64,000 nucleotides of DNA from IMG/VR virus record IMGVR_UViG_3300024999_001770, positions 1,730-65,729 of that record. One strand, given 5' to 3'. The stretch is from a virus (Duplodnaviria; Caudoviricetes). The notes beneath the pieces were generated by a model that saw only the letters and a list, made by a program, of their open reading frames with translations, had not been told where the DNA came from and did not search any database. Below are positions 28,034 to 36,521 of the stretch, in pieces. Numbering within the stretch: the stretch's first letter is position 1; each line of letters begins with the position of its first letter. The translations under genes were made by a program, and so were the position numbers.

Positions 28034-29092
28034 ATGCGTACAGTTAAAGAGGTAACTATCAAAAATGCCATAGCCCACTCTTTGGACAATAGCATTGATT
28101 CATCGAGATTAAGTGATTACGAATTAGATCTAGACGAAAAAGTAGTTAGCTTCATTAGAACCCATGTTCTAAAATCCCTGGAGGATGAAAAAATAAGGGC
28201 TGCAAAGTATGAAGCTGGTCGAAACATTGTGAAAGAAAGTGCAGATAGTATATTTGATTTCCCAGAGAAATTTTTAGAGGAATCTAAAGAAATTGCGAGG
28301 CAGCTATTTCTGGCAATGCAATCTAACAAAAACATAACTTCTGCAGATTTGATTGTTTCCCTTTATGAAGGAAACGGTCAGAACTATCTTGCAGTTCTAA
28401 AAATGGATTATCAGAGTACATACATTACTGAAAGTAAAGTCATTAGCGGAAAAACTAAAATAGTATTAACTGATAAGGGAATCAGCTTGCCGAATATCCG
28501 TCAGAAATTACAAAAATGCGTTTTTTTTAAAAGAAGTATCACAGAAGATGCGGATGTAGAAACTGCAAATAACACTTACGATATGCTTTTAATAGATAGG
28601 CAGGCAAGGCAAGAGTCAGAAAGAGATATCGCTCAGTATTTTGCAACAACATTTTTAAAGTGTAAGTTAGTGTTGAACGATAAGGATAGAACCAAGAAAT
28701 TCCACTTGAAAGTCAAAAAATATGTAAATGAATTTTTGGCCGATCAACCAGAAGAACAAAAAAGGGTTTTGGATAGTTTGGAAGTTACTTTGAGAAACCA
28801 ACAACATGTTAGTGCTGTTGAATTTTCAAATAACCATTTCTCAGAAGAGCAAAGGCAATTATTCTTGGATTTCTTAGTTAATGAAGGCCTTTCTGATTTT
28901 GAATTTGTGCCGGACAAAGAGTATGTGCAGGCAAAGTATAAAATCAGGAAGATAAGAACTAACGAAAAAATTGAAGTTTCTTTACTAGATGATGATTACA
29001 AGAATCCAGAAAAATTTAGTTACGAGCCCGTTGAGGGCGGCAGGTATAATCTTACTATAAAGAGTGTAAAAGTAACTGACTGGGGCGGATGA
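28034..29092 (+). CDS. Nucleoid-associated protein (NA37/YejK-like family)
   Basis: IAHSLD, SKEIARQLF..M, SADLIV, LAVLKMDY and QKLQKC motifs. Confidence 0.8.
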   Translation: MRTVKEVTIKNAIAHSLDNSIDSSRLSDYELDLDEKVVSFIRTHVLKSLEDEKIRAAKYEAGRNIVKESADSIFDFPEKFLEESKEIARQLFLAMQSNKNITSADLIVSLYEGNGQNYLAVLKMDYQSTYITESKVISGKTKIVLTDKGISLPNIRQKLQKCVFFKRSITEDADVETANNTYDMLLIDRQARQESERDIAQYFATTFLKCKLVLNDKDRTKKFHLKVKKYVNEFLADQPEEQKRVLDSLEVTLRNQQHVSAVEFSNNHFSEEQRQLFLDFLVNEGLSDFEFVPDKEYVQAKYKIRKIRTNEKIEVSLLDDDYKNPEKFSYEPVEGGRYNLTIKSVKVTDWGG

Positions 29093-29096
29093 TTTT

Positions 29097-30617
29097 ATGA
29101 ATGCCTTATTTAGTAAAATTGATAACTTAGTGGCTAAAATACATACCGAACATATAAAAGATGAACCGGGGATATTTGAGGCGCACGGCACCATAGATAT
29201 CGGCGGATTAAATATCGAGGAATTGATCGCCTTGGTTGAAGCATTCGGTATCGCTTTGTACATAAAACTTATTCAGAAATCAGGTAGCGACATGGTGATC
29301 AGCCTGAATACTACGGAATCTCAAATTGTTGAGTATATTGATGAATCTAAGGATTGTGGTGAAAGTTCCTTCAACGTAGTTATATCGCTTGCTAAAGTAA
29401 ATTTACTTGATCATATTCTAGAGGAAAAACCAAATAGTATTCAACCGATTGTTTTTATATATTACGATAAGTTTTTTGATTGGGTCACGAAAGTAAGTTT
29501 CGAAGAACTAGAAAAAACGTTTTCGCCGGATTGTTTAAATGTAATCTTTATAATGGAAAAGGAAATAATGCTTTCCAATGACCATTTGTTGGTAATTGGT
29601 GGGAATTTAGATGGGGCTATTAACTCTATTAACAATTGCGTTAACCCTGATAGTACGTACCAGTTAGGCAAAGAAACAATTGTATTGCGAAATAACAACT
29701 GTAGTTGGTTGCATGGTACTAATTATTTAACTCCACAGTATTTTTACTTTAAGCCAGATCAATTGGCCACTTTCGAAGGACTTGGTAAAGCCTTTTCATT
29801 AAAAATCCTTAATTTAGTCGTACCATTTTTAGCTTCTTCAACAACGACCGAAGAGTCAGGGTACTGCATAGCAACGATTCTCGGTTATAAAGCTGTTAAA
29901 TTAAACTTAGGTACATGCTGTAATGTTGACCAAGAACAAGTACTTAAGGCGTATGAGTTATTTAACTGGATATATAGAGAGTCAAATACAACAGACAAAT
30001 TGGGGATATTTAGAAATATAGTTAGTCTATATTTAACGAAAGATACTGACTTAAATATAGACTCGTTTTTAGAACATATAAACGATATTTCATATTCAAC
30101 TAGGTCAAGTTTTGATGTTTATTTAAAGGAGAATGTGAAACTATATTTTGAGCAAAGGAAAAAGATTGAGGACTTTATTCAAGGAAAAATCAAGGAGATA
30201 ACTGACCAAATTTCGGCAGTTGTTGGACTAATGAGCAAGAATTTAATAACTACAATTGGCGCAATTCTTGCGGCAATCTTGACCCAAGTCAATAAACCTA
30301 GTAGTAATCTGGCTAATATAGCAATCCTATCGTACATGGTATTTGTAGCTTTGAGCACGGCCTATTATTCTTCATTTACGATGATTAGTGTTTGTCAATC
30401 CATAGCTTCATATGACCATAACATTAAATACGCCAGGAAAACCCTAAATGATGATGATGTTACGGACTTAGCTGGAAACTTTGTTCGGAATAAGAAAATT
30501 GTGTTTTATTGTTTTTGGGGGGTTACATTGTTCATAAGCCTTGCGTTGATAGGTATTGGAGTATTTCTTTTGGCATATCCAGGAGTTTTACTTCAGTTAC
30601 AGACACCGATAAAATAA
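29097..30617 (+). CDS. 506-aa protein with coiled coil and about three C-terminal TM helices; partner of the NA37 gene
   Basis: 4-bp gap to upstream gene; hydrophobic C-terminal segments; AT-rich. Confidence 0.75.
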   Translation: MNALFSKIDNLVAKIHTEHIKDEPGIFEAHGTIDIGGLNIEELIALVEAFGIALYIKLIQKSGSDMVISLNTTESQIVEYIDESKDCGESSFNVVISLAKVNLLDHILEEKPNSIQPIVFIYYDKFFDWVTKVSFEELEKTFSPDCLNVIFIMEKEIMLSNDHLLVIGGNLDGAINSINNCVNPDSTYQLGKETIVLRNNNCSWLHGTNYLTPQYFYFKPDQLATFEGLGKAFSLKILNLVVPFLASSTTTEESGYCIATILGYKAVKLNLGTCCNVDQEQVLKAYELFNWIYRESNTTDKLGIFRNIVSLYLTKDTDLNIDSFLEHINDISYSTRSSFDVYLKENVKLYFEQRKKIEDFIQGKIKEITDQISAVVGLMSKNLITTIGAILAAILTQVNKPSSNLANIAILSYMVFVALSTAYYSSFTMISVCQSIASYDHNIKYARKTLNDDDVTDLAGNFVRNKKIVFYCFWGVTLFISLALIGIGVFLLAYPGVLLQLQTPIK

Positions 30618-30676
30618 TTAAAGATGATCTCTAGTGGATTGGGGGTGCTGATCGAGGAGTTGTGTGGAGAGCGTTA

Positions 30677-30706
30677 AAGTCCTTACTATTGTGGTAGGGG
30701 CTTTTT
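30677..30706 (+). terminator. Terminator
   Basis: AAGTCCTTACTA...TGGTAGGGGCTTTTT. Confidence 0.6.
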
Positions 30707-30895
30707 ATATTTTTGTGAGACAGGTTTCTCGTAATTTCGCGAGGAAGTTGTGAGATGATTATATCGTCTCGAGTTAATCGGGTATTTCAATAAGTATATT
30801 ATACGGGCGCGTGATTGTTTGGTTGTAAGTAATCTGGATTTTGGAATAAACCGAGGCTTGATGTAACTAAAATTATAATACTGAGGAGCATTTAT

Positions 30896-31720
30896 ATGGA
30901 TATTTCGAGAGAGAAAATAGAAGAATCAGGCAATAATATTACATATGCATATTTTCGTTTTTCAAGTACAAGAAGTAGGGTTAATCTTCTGCTTGATGCA
31001 AGCAGGCACGGATTAGATGATAAATTAAGCAAAATAAATAGCATTTTAGATAAACTCAACGATCCAGAGGGGACCATCGGTATATGTGAAAAGGCTGAAA
31101 AATTTCAAATACTTAAAAGAGAAGACGGAATGTTCGAATTCAACTTAGGCGAAAGTGAATTGGAGATAATGAAATGCGCAATGGAACATTCCCGCAAAGA
31201 ACATTCCGAAGTAGATACATACCTATACTCTGTACTTCTGGTTTTTATTTGGGGAGCTTTTGAAGCGTACTGTACTATGCTTTTTGGTGAATTATTTATA
31301 AAGCAACCCTTAATGTTAAAAACTAATGATAAAATTTCCTATTGTGAAATTATTGAAAATATAAGCAATCCACTAGAATTACTGATTGAGAAGGAGTTGA
31401 ATAAAATAGGCCATTTTAAAATTAAAGAAATGGTTCTATATTTTAAAGAAAAGGTTAAATTTTCCTTTACTCCTGACGAAGAGAGTAAAATGAAAGAGAT
31501 ATATAACATAAGAAATATTATTGCTCATGCTACTGGGATTGTGCGTTCCGATGCTGCCAATGAGTTACCAAAAAGTATATCTATCAAAGAAAATGAGATT
31601 TTACTGTCTAAGGAATACCTAGATGAAGCGGTTGAAGCTATATTTGGTGTTGTAGAACGAATACAAAAACATATCGAATTAAAATTTTCAAAAAACAAAG
31701 TGGAATTTGATACTTTATGA
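30896..31720 (+). CDS. HEPN-domain protein (putative RNase)
   Basis: Upstream AFEAY glutamate and RNIIAH (Rx4H) motif; helical; AT-rich. Confidence 0.7.
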   Translation: MDISREKIEESGNNITYAYFRFSSTRSRVNLLLDASRHGLDDKLSKINSILDKLNDPEGTIGICEKAEKFQILKREDGMFEFNLGESELEIMKCAMEHSRKEHSEVDTYLYSVLLVFIWGAFEAYCTMLFGELFIKQPLMLKTNDKISYCEIIENISNPLELLIEKELNKIGHFKIKEMVLYFKEKVKFSFTPDEESKMKEIYNIRNIIAHATGIVRSDAANELPKSISIKENEILLSKEYLDEAVEAIFGVVERIQKHIELKFSKNKVEFDTL

Positions 31721-31820
31721 ATATTTATTCATAGCTTTCTCTAGCCAAGCAGGGCCATCACTTCATAATAACAGAATGCTTGAACGTTAGTAACGTTCAG
31801 AATGCAAGAGGAGAACCCTT

Positions 31821-32069
31821 ATGAAAATCCTCTCAACCCCCATCGAAGTCCTAGCCCACTTCGAAGAAAACGGCACACCCCACCCACTCCGCCTCAAGCT
31901 TAACGGCGAAACAATCAAGATAGAACAGGTAGTATCAGTAACCGAAGAGAAGCTGGCCGGCAATCGAATACTCATTTTTAGGTGCCAGAGTGAGATTAAG
32001 GGGGAGCTAAAGCCATTCGAGATTAAGTATGAGTTGGGTACCTGTAAGTGGTTTTTGTGGAAGATGTAG
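31821..32069 (+). CDS. Conserved small Firmicute hypothetical protein
   Basis: RBS GAGGAG; PIEVLAHF..GTPHP...FRCQS...KWFL. Confidence 0.75.
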   Translation: MKILSTPIEVLAHFEENGTPHPLRLKLNGETIKIEQVVSVTEEKLAGNRILIFRCQSEIKGELKPFEIKYELGTCKWFLWKM

Positions 32070-32155
32070 CATAATAACAGTGGTCCACAGGCATACTAAC
32101 CCTCGTATTGTCACACGTCCTACTTGCCCTCATCGGAAACGGTGGGGGCTTTTTT
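32069..32155 (+). ncRNA. Candidate sigmaG-driven ~50-nt small RNA
   Basis: GCATA-N18-CATACTA (32069-32098), then an ORF-less stretch ending in a hairpin and T-run. Confidence 0.5.
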
Positions 32156-32291
32156 ATTTGTAGAGACTTTAGTCATGGCGTAGTAGGGCTTTAGCATCAT
32201 TTTATATCTACTTCGACTATATCCGGCAGGGAAATGAAAATACGAGGAGGAATATACTGTAAAACATGCATGGCGGGAGGCGATAATTAAA

Positions 32292-32501
32292 TTGATCATA
32301 ATTGACAAAACCGTCTGCAAACAAATCGCCTACTACAGACAAAAACGTAATTTAACCAGGGAAGAGTTAGCTTCTAATGTCGGTATCCGCCTTAATCACC
32401 TTATTAAGATTGAAGCCGGATTAAGAATTCCCCGTATTAACGAGCTCGTACAATTAGCGGCGGGGCTAAGTATCTCGATCGATGAATTGGTTAATAGTTA
32501 A
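32292..32501 (+). CDS. XRE-family HTH regulator
   Basis: LTREELA...KIEAG.R.P pattern; RBS GGGAGG. Confidence 0.85.
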   Translation: MIIIDKTVCKQIAYYRQKRNLTREELASNVGIRLNHLIKIEAGLRIPRINELVQLAAGLSISIDELVNS

Positions 32502-32597
32502 GTAAGGCTCTTGCTAAACGGTGGGGGCTTCTTCATTTTTCAGGAACGGGTAAAAATAATAAAAACAGCCCCCGGCTTTCGCCAGGGACCAATAATC

Positions 32598-33461
32598 TCA
32601 CACCTTCGTTCGTGTTTGACCGAGTTCGAACTCGTGAACCTGTGCGATCAAGGTCTGAATCTTATCTTGGAAGGCGTCAACCTTGATCGCATATTCATCC
32701 TTGAGTTTAGTGGTCGCCTCCAGAACCCGGTTACTTGCCTCAACTCCGGCCGCATGAATCTGCAGGTCAGCCATTTTTTGTGCGGCGGCAATGGCTTTTT
32801 CATGTTCCTTTTCAGCATTAGCCAAGCGCTCTTTTGTGAGTTCGAGGATTTGGCCGTTTTGAACAGCTTCGGACCGCAGTCTTTCGATTAGACGCTGGCT
32901 ATCGTCATGCTGTGCCCGCAGCTGCTGAACTTCGGCTTCCATCTCGGCCACGGTCCCGATCTGGGCCTCCATAGTTTCGTTTTTCCCGGTTAGCAGATCA
33001 ATGGTAATTCGATTCGATTTGTTAACGGCTTCAAGTTCGCCGTTTCGCTCAGAAAGCTCCTTGAGTTGATCTTGGATTTCGGACAGATCCAGCCGGGCCT
33101 TGTCGCGTTCGGCTTCAGCCTGTAGTCTACTCTTATCCACCTGGTCAACAATGCCTTGATGCACTCGTTTTTCTTGATCGATACTTTCTGCGAAATTTTC
33201 CTTAAGATCGTGCAGCTTTTGAACCATGTTGGTAAAGATTGATTCGGCATGAGAGAGATGATAGCGGAGTTGTTGCATATCTTCGGTTTGCTCGGTGTCG
33301 CTGCTGGCTAATAAATTAGTTTTGAATTGTGCCACCATGGCCGAGAAAAGATCCTTTTGGCTAAGTCCTGTGCGCTCGACCAATACTGATACGTCAGACA
33401 TGACCTCATCGTTGGTGCGGACAGAGTAAAGTGGTGGCTTGTTTTTTGCTTCATCGGACAA
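32598..33461 (-). CDS. N-terminal RHH-like DNA-binding domain plus long coiled coil
   Basis: YSVRT strand then two helices; heptad-rich remainder; RBS AAGGAGG. Confidence 0.7.
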   Translation of the reverse strand: MSDEAKNKPPLYSVRTNDEVMSDVSVLVERTGLSQKDLFSAMVAQFKTNLLASSDTEQTEDMQQLRYHLSHAESIFTNMVQKLHDLKENFAESIDQEKRVHQGIVDQVDKSRLQAEAERDKARLDLSEIQDQLKELSERNGELEAVNKSNRITIDLLTGKNETMEAQIGTVAEMEAEVQQLRAQHDDSQRLIERLRSEAVQNGQILELTKERLANAEKEHEKAIAAAQKMADLQIHAAGVEASNRVLEATTKLKDEYAIKVDAFQDKIQTLIAQVHEFELGQTRTKV

Positions 33462-33484
33462 ATCAATGACCTCCTTAAATAATA

Positions 33485-33540
33485 TGTAAACATTTAACCC
33501 CCTATATAAGCCGTGTTTACCTATGTAAACATGTTTACAT
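33485..33540. promoter_or_regulatory. TGTAAACA operator array including the 18-bp palindrome ATGTAAACATGTTTACAT
   Basis: Half-sites at 33485 and 33513, palindrome at 33523-33540, upstream of the coiled-coil gene. Confidence 0.6.
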
Positions 33541-33933
33541 TATGTATACTATTATTATAGCACCAATATTTGTTAGTTGCAAGAATTTAGAAAGTTACTG
33601 AAGCATAAAAGATAGCCCTTCGGTTGTTGTACCGGAGGGCTATCTTTGTTATTCCTTTGACTTTTTTAGTTCGTAAACATGTTTCTCGATCTCCCTCATC
33701 GACTCGACCAGCCTCGAATTCGCTGCTCTATACCATTCCGGACAGCTACTTTGATTATGTAGTAGAGGAGAACGAGAGATAGGAACCAGAGGCAGAGGAA
33801 GAGAATCGTGTTGGGGGGGAGGAATGAGTTAGGGATCATCCTTTCATAAGAGTATGCCCGCGGCTGGAGTGCCGCGGGCATACATAATCTTTAGTTACTC
33901 TTTACCCTAAAACTGCCTTAATTAAACAGTCAC

Positions 33934-34746
33934 CTATTTGCCATCGTTTACATCACTCGCTCCAAACCAAATACCAAGGGTCTTTGAACTCTGTAAGTGG
34001 TACTTAACGTTACCCCTTACAGTAGATTTGTCAGCTTCTGCAAGATTCGCGTTGTCCCCCATGGCTCCCACATCCCTGAGGATGTTGCCACGTTCAGAAG
34101 CCGAAAGGTCTTGGTTGGTTGTATGGATAAGCAATCCCCAAGAAAGGATTACATTCGATGCGGTCTTAGGATTAGACAACCCTTGCCCGGCCGCTATTAT
34201 CATAACATCTCGAATTGATCCATCTGCTTTATTAACAGTCCCCAGTAAGCCGTGGCTATCGTTAAATTGGTATCGAAACGTATCCTGCGCTGGCCCGTTC
34301 TCGACATTGATTTTCGATATTTTGAAATCAGACATATTTAGCGACGTGGCGCTTGAATTCCATTTGTCTTTAAACTCATTAGGCTTCAATCCAATCGTTC
34401 CGGGTATTTTTTTGGCATTAGCTTCAGCCGCAGCTTTTTCCGCAGCCGCCTTAGCTTCAGCCTCCTGTTTGGTTTTCAGTTCAGCATCAGTCTTTTCTTT
34501 AGCTAACTGCTCAGGAGTCTTTGCAACGGTTGCCACAGTTGGGACGGAGGTTGGTGGGGTCGGAGTGGTAGTGGTATTGGGTGAATTGATTGCAAAAACA
34601 CAGAATAACACAAACATAACCAAGGCAGCCAATAAAGTTTGTTTTCGCGTATACTTCTTTTCGCCTTTTGAAATCCATTTGGGATTGATAGTAACTACCA
34701 GCATTAATAGAAAAAGTAGAAAACTCACGATACCGAGAAACTTCAT
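33934..34746 (-). CDS. Membrane-anchored extracellular protein
   Basis: Two N-terminal TM helices, Thr/Pro linker, Ala/Glu/Lys stalk, globular C-terminus; sigmaH-like promoter at 34793-34819. Confidence 0.75.
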   Translation of the reverse strand: MKFLGIVSFLLFLLMLVVTINPKWISKGEKKYTRKQTLLAALVMFVLFCVFAINSPNTTTTPTPPTSVPTVATVAKTPEQLAKEKTDAELKTKQEAEAKAAAEKAAAEANAKKIPGTIGLKPNEFKDKWNSSATSLNMSDFKISKINVENGPAQDTFRYQFNDSHGLLGTVNKADGSIRDVMIIAAGQGLSNPKTASNVILSWGLLIHTTNQDLSASERGNILRDVGAMGDNANLAEADKSTVRGNVKYHLQSSKTLGIWFGASDVNDGK

Positions 34747-34857
34747 TCGAGATCAGCTCCTTTTAATTTGATTCAATGAAAACCTTTAAAACCTTCTGCG
34801 TGGTATAGTCTTTTCCTGCAACTCGACAGGATTAATGGTTTTGCGCTAAAATTTGCA

Positions 34858-34905
34858 ATGGTCGTTACCTTAGTCGCTTACTTGATCGTTAACTTAGTCG
34901 CTAAT
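34858..34905 (+). repeat. Four degenerate 12-bp tandem repeats
   Basis: ATGGTCGTTACC TTAGTCGCTTAC TTGATCGTTAAC TTAGTCGCTAAT. Confidence 0.6.
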
Positions 34906-35055
34906 ACGACCAATGTACAAGCTAAAACCCGCATAAATCAAGCAAATATTTTCTGAAAAAGAGGGTTAAAGGGAGGAAGATAGGGGTCCAGGGGGAAGCG
35001 GAGGGAACAGGGAAAAGAAATTTTAGCTTTCGCGGAATCAGAGTGGGGGAGGGGC

Positions 35056-35637
35056 CTACCTAAGATACCCCATCGGATCGACTGTCTTCCCATTCCTCCG
35101 TATCTCAAAATGTAAGTGTGGTCCGGTTGAATTGCCTGTATTTCCGCATGTCCCTATTTTCGCCTTTGCAATGATAGACCATCCCGCCTTAACACTTATC
35201 CCATTTAGATGAGCATATAGAGATTCTACGCCACGGCCATGGTCCAATACGACGAAGTTGCCATATACCTGATTATACTCTACGCGCGTCACAGTGCCTC
35301 CTTTGGATGCCCATACGGTTGTTCCAGCTTGACCAGCTATGTCAATTCCGTGGTTGGTGGGGTTATAACCTTGAGTAATATTCCCAGCCATGGGCATTTC
35401 CCAATCTCCCTTTCCTATCCCGCTTAATTTATCGGCTGTATCTTGGAGGTCTTCAGCTCGGGCAGACCATTTTTCGATTACTGGGGTTAGATCCTGCATG
35501 GTGCTTAGTAAGCCGATCATAATCGCAACCATAAATACTAGGTTGGCGAGTTGTTTTCTATTAACCCCAATAAGGATTGTATAAGCAATGAATGATCCTA
35601 TCGAAACGAGAAGTAAATGAAAAATCCATATAGACAC
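35056..35637 (-). CDS. M23 (LytM) peptidase with two N-terminal TM helices
   Basis: HGIDI (HxxxD variant), YAHL and STGPHLHFE motifs. Confidence 0.9.
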   Translation of the reverse strand: MSIWIFHLLLVSIGSFIAYTILIGVNRKQLANLVFMVAIMIGLLSTMQDLTPVIEKWSARAEDLQDTADKLSGIGKGDWEMPMAGNITQGYNPTNHGIDIAGQAGTTVWASKGGTVTRVEYNQVYGNFVVLDHGRGVESLYAHLNGISVKAGWSIIAKAKIGTCGNTGNSTGPHLHFEIRRNGKTVDPMGYLR

Positions 35638-35638
35638 T

Positions 35639-35875
35639 TCACATCACACCTGTTGTAAATTCAAAAAACTTCTTGAGTAGCTGCCATGCGACAGTTACGA
35701 CCGAAAGGATAGCGACAATCGTTGTTGCCGTTCTGAGCATGTTTGCGACCTGACCCTTATTAACTGCTCCTAAAATCAATTCGCCCAACCAAGATCCTAC
35801 GCCAAGCATAACTAAAACAATGATCACGAAGCCAGGTCTACCGAATCCGAACACTTGAACTGCTGCTTCTGCCAT
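35639..35875 (-). CDS. Small two-TM protein, reminiscent of SpoIIIAC/AD
   Basis: TM-short polar linker-TM, 78 aa. Confidence 0.6.
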   Translation of the reverse strand: MAEAAVQVFGFGRPGFVIIVLVMLGVGSWLGELILGAVNKGQVANMLRTATTIVAILSVVTVAWQLLKKFFEFTTGVM

Positions 35876-36521
35876 TTAAGCATTCCTCCTTCACGTAATC
35901 TAGTGAATAAACCTTGAATTCCAAGTTGTGAACGTTTTCCTTTTGGATCTTCTCATTAAGCTTCTTTACCCGGCCGGTAGTCACGACGATGATGGGCGGG
36001 AAACGTTTAGAGAGAGGAACCCACCACATTTTAATATAAGATTCTGAGGCATAAAGATCATTGTAGCGTCTAACCTTAACCCCGAAATCGTTCCCACTTT
36101 CATCAATGTCTAATTCAACAAATAGGAAGGTAAGTGAATCTTTCCATAAGTTTTTAATTCCAACAAATGCATCTGGCCGAACTAGTTTATAATCCTTAAC
36201 CTCACGATTGAAAGAGTGTAAGCGTTCCATGGAATTGAGCGTTGATGTGATCCATACGTAAATCCAAGATACTCCTAGAACGTGCTCCAATTGGCCTGGC
36301 TTACTGTCCGTGTAATAATAATTTGGTTCATCCAAAGATATTCTTGCTCGCTTGATTGCCTTGCGATCAGTAAGCTTCTTAAGTCTGCGCTGAACGATTC
36401 GGAGGACATTATCCGGGAAAAGTAGAAGCTTTATTTGATCCGTATTTAGGGCACCGTGAGTTTCCAAGAGTCGGAATAACTCCTTATCGCGGTGGGAGCA
36501 TTTTGCGTGGTTGCTCAACAA
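35838..36521 (-). CDS. Replication-relaxation family protein
   Basis: N-terminal wHTH, LEHVL, RPDAF, FVELD and KVRRY motifs; overlaps the FtsK gene. Confidence 0.85.
   Translation of the reverse strand: MLSNHAKCSHRDKELFRLLETHGALNTDQIKLLLFPDNVLRIVQRRLKKLTDRKAIKRARISLDEPNYYYTDSKPGQLEHVLGVSWIYVWITSTLNSMERLHSFNREVKDYKLVRPDAFVGIKNLWKDSLTFLFVELDIDESGNDFGVKVRRYNDLYASESYIKMWWVPLSKRFPPIIVVTTGRVKKLNEKIQKENVHNLEFKVYSLDYVKEECLNGRSSSSSVRIR

Noticed and set aside
31781-31799. Canonical LexA box
   Set aside because: Half-site spacing is 9 bp rather than 4; kept only as an unexplained palindrome
33696-33881. 61-aa minus-strand ORF with a hydrophobic segment
   Set aside because: No convincing RBS; possibly a decayed small membrane gene, too weak to call
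33938-34771. 277-aa plus-strand ORF
   Set aside because: Antisense shadow of the membrane protein gene, which has the RBS, promoter and plausible topology
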